From: an uncultured candidatus Brocadiaceae bacterium
GTDB lineage: Bacteria; Planctomycetota; UBA1135; UBA2386
Direction of reading: 5' to 3'
Length of the DNA stretch: 64,000 nt
Assembly: GCA_964538915.1 (NCBI GenBank)
Contig: CAZIFB010000005.1
Location: forward strand, 43,747-107,746
Shown: piece after piece, positions 39,022 through 47,651 of the stretch
Layout of the letters: each line of letters starts with the position of its first letter
How positions within the stretch are numbered: the stretch's first letter is position 1
Position numbers and translations under genes: made by a program
The notes under the pieces: generated by a model
Seen by the model: the letters and a program-made list of their open reading frames with translations, nothing else
Databases searched by the model: none
What the model was told of the DNA's origin: nothing

Positions 39022-39806
39022 CCGAGCGGCTCCGTGCCAGCGGCGACGAGTGCCTGCTCGAGATCGTCGGCCCTCGCCGACGCGAACGGACCCTCGTCGA
39101 CGTAGCACCATCGTCCCCACACCTCGGCGGCGCCGAGCGCGAACGGGAAGTGTGGTGCCGGAGCCTCGATCCGCCGCGGGAAGACCCAAGCCGTGCCGTC
39201 CTGCACGACGACGTTCCATGCCGCCGTGAGTCGCGCGGCGGCGAGCTGTGCGAGCGCTGCTCCTCGCGCTGCGGCGGGGCCGCGCACGCCGACGAGACAG
39301 AACGGCGCGAGCTTCGCCACGAACTCCGCGCCCGCGGGGCGGTCGATCGCGTCGATCGCGATCGCCTTCTCGGGCAACGCTGCGAGGAAGGGCAGGCGTT
39401 CGGGAAGGAGGTGCGCGTGCGCGCGCGCGATCGTCGACGCCGCGCCGATCGTGTTCACCAGGGCGGTGCCGTTCGAGGCGTCGGCCCATTCGCACGCGGC
39501 GGTCCACATCGCGGCATCGGGTTCGCGGATCGGGCGCAGCGGCCAGAGGATCCTCTGCTGCGCGGCGAACGGATAGCGATTCGGCGTCAGCGCGAGGTCG
39601 CCGCCGCGCCAGAACGCTTCCTCCGCGACGATGCGATCCGCGGGGCTCCGGCGGAACGCCGGCCGTCGCGACACGGGATCCTGCCGCGCTTTGCGTCCGG
39701 GCACGTACGCGAGCACGACCGGAGCACCGAACACCACGAGCGATCGCAGGGCCGCGGGCGCGAAGGGGACGAGGCTCGGATGGGGCTCGGTGGGCGGCTG
39801 CACCAT
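39018..39806 (-). CDS. HIT-superfamily (Apa2 / GalT-branch-like) nucleotidyltransferase or phosphorylase homologue
   Basis: ATG at 39806-39804 (MVQPPTEPH...). TPNRYPF and NTIGAASTIARAHAHLLP resemble the N.G..AGAS..H.H.Q motif of ATP adenylyltransferase-type HIT enzymes. Translationally coupled to the acyltransferase. Confidence 0.45.
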   Translation of the reverse strand: MVQPPTEPHPSLVPFAPAALRSLVVFGAPVVLAYVPGRKARQDPVSRRPAFRRSPADRIVAEEAFWRGGDLALTPNRYPFAAQQRILWPLRPIREPDAAMWTAACEWADASNGTALVNTIGAASTIARAHAHLLPERLPFLAALPEKAIAIDAIDRPAGAEFVAKLAPFCLVGVRGPAAARGAALAQLAAARLTAAWNVVVQDGTAWVFPRRIEAPAPHFPFALGAAEVWGRWCYVDEGPFASARADDLEQALVAAGTEPLG

Positions 39807-39962
39807 GGAAAGGCGCGATGTTGGAGGCTCCGCCGCCGCTTCACAACCGGGCGCCGCCGAGGTCGAGCAAGACCTTTGCCCGTCCGGCGACGCGTCGCTA
39901 CCCTTCGCCACCTCGTGACCCGCGCGTTCCGCGCGGTCCCACGCACTCCGCAGGTTCCCAAT

Positions 39963-40895
39963 TTGCGCATCGTCTTCTTCGGCAGCAGTGACTTCGCGAT
40001 TCCGTCGCTGAAGGCGCTCAAGGAAGGCGGGTTCACTCCCGCACTCGTGGTGACCAAGCCGGACGCGCCGCGAGGCCGCGGCCGGAAGATCTACGACAGC
40101 GAAGTGAAGCTCGCTGCGCAGGAACTGGGGCTGGAGTGTGCGCAGCCGGACGACGTGCACGCGCCGGACTTCCTCGACCGCCTGAAGAAGCTGAAGCCCG
40201 ACGTGGGCATCGTGGTGAGCTACGGCGTGATCCTGAAGCCGGAGATGATCGCGCTGCCGAAGAAGGGACTCATCAACGCACACGCTTCGCTGCTGCCGTT
40301 GTTCCGCGGCGCGGCGCCGATCCAGCGCGCCATCCGCGAAGGCCACACGGAGACCGGCGTGACCGTGATGCGCATCGTCGAGGCGCTCGATGCCGGCGAC
40401 GTGCTGCTGAAGAAGCCGACGCCGATCGATCCGCGCGAGAACGCGGGCGTGCTGCGCGACCGGCTCGCCGAACTGTCCGGCAAGGCGCTGCTCGAAGCGC
40501 TGGCTCTGATGGAGAAGGGCAAGGACACCTACACGCCGCAGGACCACGAGAAGGCGACCTACGCGCCGAAGGTCGAGAAGGAGCACGGCGTGATCAACTG
40601 GAAGCTGCCGGCGAAGGAAGTCGACCTGCTCGTGCGAGCGATGACGCCGAAGCCCGGCGCGCAGACGCGCCTCGGCAGCAAGCGCTTCATCGTCATCGAG
40701 GGCTCCGTCGAACAGGACCTCTACGGCATGGGCATCCCCGGCGGCCTGCAGTCGTCGGGCGAAGAGGGCATCCGGGTCTGCACGGGCAAGGACCTGTACC
40801 GGATCACGCGCATCAAGCCGGACAACGGCCGCAACATGACCGCCGGCGAGTTCGTCCGCGGGCACCACATCGCGCCCGACGCGCGTTTCGGCTGA
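39963..40895 (+). CDS. fmt: Methionyl-tRNA formyltransferase
   Basis: TTG at 39963 gives (M)RIVFFGSSDFAIPSLKAL. INAHASLLPLFRGAAPIQRAI and TGVTVMRIVEALDAGD are Fmt motifs. GTG at 39915 is an alternative start. Confidence 0.9.
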   Translation: MRIVFFGSSDFAIPSLKALKEGGFTPALVVTKPDAPRGRGRKIYDSEVKLAAQELGLECAQPDDVHAPDFLDRLKKLKPDVGIVVSYGVILKPEMIALPKKGLINAHASLLPLFRGAAPIQRAIREGHTETGVTVMRIVEALDAGDVLLKKPTPIDPRENAGVLRDRLAELSGKALLEALALMEKGKDTYTPQDHEKATYAPKVEKEHGVINWKLPAKEVDLLVRAMTPKPGAQTRLGSKRFIVIEGSVEQDLYGMGIPGGLQSSGEEGIRVCTGKDLYRITRIKPDNGRNMTAGEFVRGHHIAPDARFG

Positions 40896-40905
40896 GTCGC
40901 GGCCG

Positions 40906-42237
40906 ATGGCCTCGGCGAGGGGCGCGGCGCTTCGTGCGTTGGTCGCCGTCGAACGCGGCCGCAGCGAACGGTTGCGCTCGGTCCTCGACGACGCGGGTCT
41001 CGAAGGGCGCGACGCCGGTTTCGCGAACGAACTCGCACACGGTGTGCTCCGGCGCGAGCGTCTGCTCGACCACGTCGTTCGCGCGTTCGCGCAGCGCGGC
41101 CTGCCGAAGGACCCGGCGCTGCTGTGCGCGCTGCGGCTCGGCGCGTACCAGCTGACGTTCGTCGGCGGCGTGCCGGCGCACGCAGCGGTGCACGAAACGG
41201 TCGAACTCGTGCGGCAGAACCGCTCGTTCGCCAACGCGATCCTGCGACGCATCGCGGACTGCATCGCCCCGCGATCGGCGGATCCGTCGGCGGTGACCAC
41301 CGAGGTCCCGTTGTCGCCGACGCGCACGCTGGTGCTGCCGCGACCGTTGCCCGACGACGAGGTCGCCCGACTCGCCATCCTGCATTCGCTGCCCGACTTC
41401 CTCGCCGCCCGGTTCCGCCATCAGCACGGCATCGACGGATTGCGCACGATCGCGGGGGCGGCGAGCGCGGTGCCCGCCGTGTTCCTGCGCGCCGTGGGCG
41501 GATCACGCGACGATCTCCGGGCGGCGCTCGCGGCCGAAGGCGTCGAGTGCGAGCCGGCGGCGAATCCGACGGCGCTGAAGTGGAGCGGCGGCGGATCCCC
41601 GTTCGTCACGGAGAGCTTCCGGCGCGGCCGGTTCGTCGTGCAGGACCCGACGGCGATCGCGGCCGCCCTCGCTGTGCCGTGCCGGGCAGGCGCCACCGTC
41701 GTCGACCTGTGTGCTGCCCCGGGGACCAAGACGACGCTGCTCGCGGAGCGGGTCCGCCCCGGCGGGCGCGTGTTCGCGTTCGATCCGGACGAGGCGCGCC
41801 GGCGCCGCATCGTCGAGAACGTCGCGCGGCTCGGGTTCGCCGACACGGTTACCGTGGTCGAGGACCCGGCGAGGCTGACCGAGGCGGACGCCGTCCTCGC
41901 CGACGTGCCGTGTTCGAACACCGGTGTCCTCGGGCGGCGCGTCGAGGTGCGGCGGCGAATCCGGCCGACGACGATGGCGGAGATGGCGCGGGTGCAGAGC
42001 GGCATCCTCGACCGGGCGATGAGCCTCGTCCGTCCCGGGGGTGCGCTCGTCTACTCGACGTGTTCGATCGACCGCGAGGAGAACGAGGAGCAGGTAGCGG
42101 CCGCGCTCGCGCGACCGGCCGCAGCGGGGTTCTCGGTCGTGGGCCAGCAGATCGTGCTGCCGATGGCCGGGGAGCACGACGGGGGGTTCCACGCGGTGCT
42201 GCGCCGGGCCCTTCCTGGCTCTGCGGCCGACGGGTAG
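40906..42237 (+). CDS. rsmB: 16S rRNA (cytosine-C5) methyltransferase RsmB/Sun
   Basis: 443 aa. N-terminal NusB-like region. VVDLCAAPGTKT (SAM binding), DVPCSNTGVLGRR and YSTCS (catalytic Cys). Canonical fmt-rsmB order. Confidence 0.85.
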   Translation: MASARGAALRALVAVERGRSERLRSVLDDAGLEGRDAGFANELAHGVLRRERLLDHVVRAFAQRGLPKDPALLCALRLGAYQLTFVGGVPAHAAVHETVELVRQNRSFANAILRRIADCIAPRSADPSAVTTEVPLSPTRTLVLPRPLPDDEVARLAILHSLPDFLAARFRHQHGIDGLRTIAGAASAVPAVFLRAVGGSRDDLRAALAAEGVECEPAANPTALKWSGGGSPFVTESFRRGRFVVQDPTAIAAALAVPCRAGATVVDLCAAPGTKTTLLAERVRPGGRVFAFDPDEARRRRIVENVARLGFADTVTVVEDPARLTEADAVLADVPCSNTGVLGRRVEVRRRIRPTTMAEMARVQSGILDRAMSLVRPGGALVYSTCSIDREENEEQVAAALARPAAAGFSVVGQQIVLPMAGEHDGGFHAVLRRALPGSAADG

Positions 42238-42252
42238 AACGCCGGGCCTCGC

Positions 42253-42864
42253 ATGGCCACCCGCCCGACGTCTTCTCGCTCCGCGTCCACCGCCGGTTCG
42301 TCGCGCGCCCGCAGCAGCGGCCGCAGCTCGCGCGGAGGATCGTCGGGAGGCAACGCCCAGCCGTTCGTGTTCGGCGGCATCGGCATCGTGGTCGTAATTG
42401 CCGTGATCGTGATGATGAGCCGTGGCGGCGGCGACCGCGCCAACGCTGCGAACGCCGCCCCCGCGGAACAGGCCGCGAAGTCGGCCGCACAGCCCGCCGC
42501 GCCGGCCAAGACGCCGGTCAAGCTGGAAGCCGCCAAGGCCGGGGGCGCGGCGAAGCGTCCGGCACCGGCCCTGACCGAAGCGACGCTGCAGGAGGCGCGC
42601 GATCTCCTGGCGGCCGCGAAGAGCCTCTGCAACGAGGGCATCACGGCTCGGACCGCGGGCGACAACACGAAGGCGCGGGAGCGGCAATCGCTGGCGAAGA
42701 CCAAGATCGACGAACTGAAGAAGCTGGTCGCCGCGGCGTCGCTCTGGCAGGAGGAGGCGCAGCTCGAGAACTGGGCGCAGCCCGCGGAATACATGACGCT
42801 CGAGAAGCTGCTCGGCGAGCTCGGGCCGCTCGAGAAGCGCGTCCGCATGGGCGGCGGCACCTGA
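42253..42864 (+). CDS. Hypothetical single-pass membrane protein with Ser/Arg-rich N-terminus and Ala-rich helical C-terminus
   Basis: 203 aa. TM is FVFGGIGIVVVIAVIVMM. No recognised domain. Confidence 0.5.
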   Translation: MATRPTSSRSASTAGSSRARSSGRSSRGGSSGGNAQPFVFGGIGIVVVIAVIVMMSRGGGDRANAANAAPAEQAAKSAAQPAAPAKTPVKLEAAKAGGAAKRPAPALTEATLQEARDLLAAAKSLCNEGITARTAGDNTKARERQSLAKTKIDELKKLVAAASLWQEEAQLENWAQPAEYMTLEKLLGELGPLEKRVRMGGGT

Positions 42865-43697
42865 TGCGCGCGGGCTACCACACGAACAGCCTGCAGAACC
42901 ACCGCTTCGCCGACGCGATCGAACTGGTCGCCGAGTTCGGCTTCGAAGCGATCGCGATCACGCCGGACACCTGCCACCTCGATCCGGATCGCACGACCGA
43001 CGCGGACCTGGATACCGTCGCGCGTCGCCTCGCCGACCTCGGGCTCCTGCCCGTGATGGAGACCGGCGCCCGCTATCTGCTCGATCCCCGGACGAAGCAC
43101 GAGCCGACGCTGATGACGCGGGACCGGGCAGCGCGCGATCGACGCCTCGCCTTCTACCGCCGGACGGCTGCGATGGGCGCCCGGCTCGGGGCGCGGGTGG
43201 TGTCGTTCTGGACGGGCATCGACCGGGCGCCCTCGGCGGACAGCCGCGGCTGGATGCTGGAGGGGATCCGCCTCGCCGCCGCCGCGATCCGGGCCGAGGG
43301 GCTCCTGCCCGCGCTCGAGCCCGAGCCCGGCATGGCGGTCGAGACCTTCGCGGACTGGACGCGCGTCCGGCAGGACCTCGGGGCCGACGCGCCCGCCCTC
43401 ACCCTCGACGTCGGTCACCTTTACGCCGTGTGGGAAGGGGAGCCGACGGAAGTCCTTGCCGCCGCAGGGCCTCACCTCGCCCAGGTCCACCTCGAGGACA
43501 TGCGCCGCGGCACGCACGAGCACCTCGTTCCTGGGGCCGGTGACGTCGACTTCTCCGGGGTCCTGACCGCCCTCCATCGGGCCGGCTACGCGGGTCCAGT
43601 CTGCTTCGAGCTGTCCCGGTCGAGCCACGCCGCTCCCGACGCGCTGGCCCGGAGCCGGGCCGTGTTCGCGGGGTGGCGGGCGGCCACGCGCCGTTGA
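42864..43697 (+). CDS. Sugar phosphate isomerase/epimerase (xylose isomerase-like TIM barrel)
   Basis: ATG at 42864 shares 1 nt with the previous stop. AIELVAEFGFEAIAI, ALEPEPGMAVET, LDVGHL and VHLED are typical metal-binding strand ends of this fold. Confidence 0.7.
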   Translation: MRAGYHTNSLQNHRFADAIELVAEFGFEAIAITPDTCHLDPDRTTDADLDTVARRLADLGLLPVMETGARYLLDPRTKHEPTLMTRDRAARDRRLAFYRRTAAMGARLGARVVSFWTGIDRAPSADSRGWMLEGIRLAAAAIRAEGLLPALEPEPGMAVETFADWTRVRQDLGADAPALTLDVGHLYAVWEGEPTEVLAAAGPHLAQVHLEDMRRGTHEHLVPGAGDVDFSGVLTALHRAGYAGPVCFELSRSSHAAPDALARSRAVFAGWRAATRR

Positions 43698-43856
43698 CCG
43701 CCGGTTCCGGCGTCGTACGCTTCCCACCTTCCGACGGACCGCTGCGGCGGTTCCGGGCGCGAAGCCACCCCCGCTCCCCCCTGCATGAGACTCTGCCCGT
43801 CCGTCGAAGGATCCGCGTCGCCCCTCATCACCCACCGCATCGGGGTGGACGTGTGC

Positions 43857-44087
43857 ATGGCGCGACAGCGCACCTTCTTCCACAAGTGCCACCGGTGCAT
43901 CTATCGGGGCAAGGCGGCGAACTGGGAGCCAGCCGAGGCGCCGCAGGCGATGCTCAATGTGCACGCCGCGGAAGAGCCCGCGCAGGGTGACGTGAAGCCC
44001 GTCAAGGTCGGTACGAAGCCGGTGCGCAAGGGCAAGAAGGGTGGCGCCGAGGCACCCGCACCGAAAGCCGCCGAAGCGGCTGGCTGA
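43857..44087 (+). CDS. Small hypothetical protein (76 aa) with a CHRC motif and a Lys/Ala-rich tail
   Basis: ATG at 43857 within the 43785..44087 ORF. MARQRTFFHKCHRCIYRGKAANW... No recognised family. Confidence 0.4.
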   Translation: MARQRTFFHKCHRCIYRGKAANWEPAEAPQAMLNVHAAEEPAQGDVKPVKVGTKPVRKGKKGGAEAPAPKAAEAAG

Positions 44088-44097
44088 TCCGGCCCGC

Positions 44098-44460
44098 CTA
44101 CGCCTTGTAGTTGGAGTAGAGCTGCTTCAGGGCGACTTCGGCTTCGGCGAACCGGTCGCCGAGCAGCGTCGTGAGCCGGCGGGAGTCGTCCAGCCGGTGG
44201 TGTCGGGTCGCAACCAGCATCTGCTCGCACGCGTCCTGCAGAAGGCGCGCGCCGAGGTTGCCCGACGAACCCTTCAGCGCGTGGGCGGCGCGTTCCATCT
44301 TGTCGAAGTCGCCGGCTTGGAGGCCTTCGTTCACCGCGTTGACCTTCGACGGGCCGTCCTCGAGGAACATCTGGATGAGGTCGAGCAGCAGCTCGGGGTC
44401 GCCATCGTCGGAAAACGACAACAGCTCTTCGACCACGCTCATGTCCAGGATCTGTTCCAT
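44098..44460 (-). CDS. Stand-alone histidine phosphotransfer (Hpt) domain protein
   Basis: 120 aa. ERAAHALKGSSGNLGA is the Hpt phospho-His motif (HxLKG). Confidence 0.85.
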   Translation of the reverse strand: MEQILDMSVVEELLSFSDDGDPELLLDLIQMFLEDGPSKVNAVNEGLQAGDFDKMERAAHALKGSSGNLGARLLQDACEQMLVATRHHRLDDSRRLTTLLGDRFAEAEVALKQLYSNYKA

Positions 44461-44528
44461 CCGTCCCCCCTCCCTCGTGAGGGCAAGGATCGGGTTTTGG
44501 CAGGGGCGACTTGTGGCTCGAACCGGGA

Positions 44529-45749
44529 CTAACTGCCCGCCGCGGCGCGCACCTCGGCATCGGTCAGGAGGCGCTTGCTCGACTTGCCGGCCGCAAGGAC
44601 CCGTTGCACCCGCTCCTCGGTCGGCTCGATCCCCATCCGCTCCAGGACGAACGCGGCATTCGACTTGCCCGCCATCGGGCCCACGGCGATCTGCTGCTCG
44701 AGGCCGACCATGTGCGCCGGCACACCCGAGTAGACCGCGTCGGCGAGCGCCACGTCACCTTTCTTGAACGCCTTGATGACCGCGGCCGCGTGCACCCCGG
44801 TGCCCGTCTCGAACGCGTCGGTGCCGAGCACGGGGTAGTTGTGCGGGATCTCGACCGCGAGCGCCTTCGCAGCTGCCGCGACGTACTGCGGGAGCGTGCG
44901 CAGATCGTTGTCGATCCAGCCGAGCAGCCGGCAGTTCACGAGGAGCAGGTCCATCGGGGCATTGCCCGCACGTTCGCCGACGCCGAGTGCGGTGCCGTGG
45001 ACGCGGTCGGCGCCCGCTTCGATCGCGGCGAGGCAGTTGGCGATCCCCAGGTCGCGGTCGCGGTGCCCGTGCCAGTCGACGCCGAGGGTCTTGTCGTGCT
45101 GGTCGGCGAGCTCTCGCACGAAGCGCACGACGGCGCGCGTGCCTTGCGGCGTCGCGTGGCCGACCGTGTCGCAGACGCAGAGGCGGCGGGCGCCGAGTTC
45201 GATCGCCGTGCCGTAGAGCGCGCGGATGGTGTCCGGTCGCGCGCGGGTCGTGTCCTCGGTCACGTACATCACGGGAAGTCCGTGGCGCTGCGCGAACGAC
45301 AGCGCCTCGCGCGTGTTCTGCAGCATGCGATCGAGCGTCCAGTCCTCCGCGTACTGCCGGATGTAGCTGCTGCCGATGAAGGCGCAGACCTCGATCGGGA
45401 TACCGGCCCTCTGCGTCATCTCGACGACGGGCTCGATGTCGCTCACCACGGTGCGGCACGCGACGTTGGCGCCGATGCGCAGCTTTGCCTTGGCGATGTG
45501 CTGCGCGAGGCGCAGGATGTCCTCGCGCGGACGGCCGCCGGCGCCCGGCAGGCCGAGATTGGCGGTCTGGATGCCGAGCCGGTCCATGCGCTCGAGCAGG
45601 TCGATTTTTGCGTCGAGCGAAGGATCGCTCACCGCCGGTGACTGCAGGCCGTCGCGCAGGGTCTCGTCGTCGAATTGCAGCGTGCGGGCGGGCCGGAACG
45701 CGCCGTCGGTGCGGTTCCAGTCGTGGATCAGTTCCTCGATGCGCGTCAT
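44529..45749 (-). CDS. 2-isopropylmalate synthase / homocitrate synthase family enzyme (short form, no LeuA regulatory domain)
   Basis: ATG at 45749-45747 (MTRIEELI...). DETLRDGLQS, VCDTVGHATP and WHGHRDRDLGIANCLAAIEAGADRVHGT are DRE-TIM HMGL-like motifs. Confidence 0.8.
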   Translation of the reverse strand: MTRIEELIHDWNRTDGAFRPARTLQFDDETLRDGLQSPAVSDPSLDAKIDLLERMDRLGIQTANLGLPGAGGRPREDILRLAQHIAKAKLRIGANVACRTVVSDIEPVVEMTQRAGIPIEVCAFIGSSYIRQYAEDWTLDRMLQNTREALSFAQRHGLPVMYVTEDTTRARPDTIRALYGTAIELGARRLCVCDTVGHATPQGTRAVVRFVRELADQHDKTLGVDWHGHRDRDLGIANCLAAIEAGADRVHGTALGVGERAGNAPMDLLLVNCRLLGWIDNDLRTLPQYVAAAAKALAVEIPHNYPVLGTDAFETGTGVHAAAVIKAFKKGDVALADAVYSGVPAHMVGLEQQIAVGPMAGKSNAAFVLERMGIEPTEERVQRVLAAGKSSKRLLTDAEVRAAAGS

Positions 45750-45840
45750 GGGGGCGACATTATGCCGATCGTGCGCACGACCGAAGACGGGGATCGTGTC
45801 CTTCTCGCGCCCGGGACCGCGCTGCATGATCGAACGTCCC

Positions 45841-47094
45841 ATGGCACGAGAGCGAGCCCTCGCCGTGATGCTGCGCGACGCGCTGGTCGTGGCGGCGATC
45901 GCCGTCGTCGTGGTGCAGGTCCTGCGGCGCTGCTGCGGCGACCGCTACGTCGTGCCGTCCGACAGCATGCAGCCGATGCTGCACGGGGACGAAGTGCACG
46001 GCGACGTGGTCTTCGTCGACAAGCTCGCGTCCGCGGCAGACCGCCGCAGGCACGACCTGGTCGTCGTGGAGCACCCCGACAAGCGCGGCGGTCAACTCGT
46101 GAAGCGGATCGCGGCGCGCGGTGACGACGTCGAAGGCGGCACCTGGATCGACCTGCGCGACGGGGACGTGTGGCTCGGTGATCCCGACCGCCTGCAGCGC
46201 GAGTGCAAGGACCCGATCGAAGCGGCCCGCATGCAGGTGGCCTGGGCCACGCTGCCTGCGGACGCCGTGGTCGGAGGGCACCTGCAGATGGACGCCGCGC
46301 GCCGCGACGGCGCCGAGTGGATCCTGTCGCCGGTCGCCCTGGTCGCGGACGAGGTCCGCACCGTGTTCGCTCCGGACGCCGGTGCCGAACGGCGTCGTTC
46401 GGGTCGCGTCGTTCCTTCCGGATTCGTCGGCACCGGCCGCAGCGTCGATGCTTCGTACGTCGAAGTGACCGGCGTTCGCGGCGGCGGGGGACGCGACGTC
46501 GGTGTGCGCGACTGCGGGATGACCGTCGAACTCGCCGCTCCGGCCGACCTGCTCTGCACGATCGACGCTCGGGCGTGCGCGCTGACGTTCTGCCTCCGCC
46601 TCGCTTCCGGCGACGTGCAGCTCTGGTGCAACGGCAGGAACGTCGCGACCACGTCTCTCGCGTGGCGGCCGACCGCGAGTTGCCGCGTGGAGTTCGCGTT
46701 CCTCGACGATCGCGCCTACTGCCTCGTCGACGGCCGCCGCGATGCGATGTTCATCGTGCCGCGCGATGCGTCGTGGGCGCAGGACAACGAGCCGGGCCCG
46801 GCGGGTCCGCGCACGTGGCTGCACTTCGGCGCCGTGGGCGAACGGCCGGCGCGCATCCGCGGCTTGCGCGTCTTCCGCGACGTGTTCGTGTGGCGGGAGC
46901 GGATCGCGGGCTTGCCGGACGACCCGGGGCAGTGGCCGCGTTCCGTCCCGCCGGGCACGTGGTTCCTTCTCGGCGACAACCCGTTCGACAGCCGCGACAG
47001 TCGGCACTTCGGCCCGCGCTCGACCTCGACGTTCCTCGGACGGCCCCGCTTCGTCCTCGGACCGTGGCCGCGCGGTCGCTGGCTCGATCCGTGA
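45841..47094 (+). CDS. lepB: Signal peptidase I (S26) with a long insertion between the Ser/Lys boxes and box E
   Basis: ATG at 45841 (45826 is an alternative). TM, then VPSDSMQPML (catalytic Ser), LVKRIAARGDD (Lys) and GDNPFDSRDSRHFG (box E). About 290 aa separate the KR box from box E. Confidence 0.8.
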   Translation: MARERALAVMLRDALVVAAIAVVVVQVLRRCCGDRYVVPSDSMQPMLHGDEVHGDVVFVDKLASAADRRRHDLVVVEHPDKRGGQLVKRIAARGDDVEGGTWIDLRDGDVWLGDPDRLQRECKDPIEAARMQVAWATLPADAVVGGHLQMDAARRDGAEWILSPVALVADEVRTVFAPDAGAERRRSGRVVPSGFVGTGRSVDASYVEVTGVRGGGGRDVGVRDCGMTVELAAPADLLCTIDARACALTFCLRLASGDVQLWCNGRNVATTSLAWRPTASCRVEFAFLDDRAYCLVDGRRDAMFIVPRDASWAQDNEPGPAGPRTWLHFGAVGERPARIRGLRVFRDVFVWRERIAGLPDDPGQWPRSVPPGTWFLLGDNPFDSRDSRHFGPRSTSTFLGRPRFVLGPWPRGRWLDP

Positions 47095-47651
47095 CCGCCC
47101 CCTCGGAGCCCGACGAACCGGACCGGCGGGTGTCCCTCGTCGTCGCCGCCGTCGTGTACGGAGGCATCCTGGTCGCCGGGTGTGCGTGGTTGTCTGCGCG
47201 CGACCGCGGCGACCAGATCGCCGTCCTCGCCATCGGCGAACGGGGACCCTGGCTCGGCTGCGCCGCGGGGTTGGTGGTCGGATGGCTCGGTGCCCGCGCA
47301 TTCGCCCTCGCGACCGGACGTTCGAAACACCTGCGCGCGACCGAAGACGCGGCGCGACTCGTGTTCCGCGGCGTCGACGAGCGCGTCGTGACCGCCTTCG
47401 TCCTCTTCGCGGTGATCGCGGAGGAGTTGTTCTTCCGTCTGGCCGTCCAGGACGCGTTCGGCCTGCCCGGCGCGGTTGCCGCCTACGCGTTGCTGCATAG
47501 CTGCACCGTCGGTTTCGGCGCCTTGCCGTTCGCCGTGGCACACGCAGTCGTCCTCGGCTTGCTCGTGCAGCACGGCTTTGGTCTGCTCGGTTGCACGACA
47601 GCACACGCGATCATGAATCACCTCACCCTGCGGAGGATCCTTTGCACGTGA
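47091..47651 (+). CDS. CPBP family intramembrane glutamic endopeptidase (CAAX protease-like)
   Basis: GTGA overlap with the lepB stop. IAEELFFRLAV (EExxxR) and HAIMNH motifs. Multi-TM. Confidence 0.75.
   Translation: MTAPSEPDEPDRRVSLVVAAVVYGGILVAGCAWLSARDRGDQIAVLAIGERGPWLGCAAGLVVGWLGARAFALATGRSKHLRATEDAARLVFRGVDERVVTAFVLFAVIAEELFFRLAVQDAFGLPGAVAAYALLHSCTVGFGALPFAVAHAVVLGLLVQHGFGLLGCTTAHAIMNHLTLRRILCT

Noticed and set aside
43698-43856. CGGTTCCGG repeated twice about 47 bp apart, upstream of the small CHRC protein.
   Set aside because: It is a 9-bp repeat in GC-rich sequence with no symmetry or positional logic relative to a promoter, and it is likely chance.
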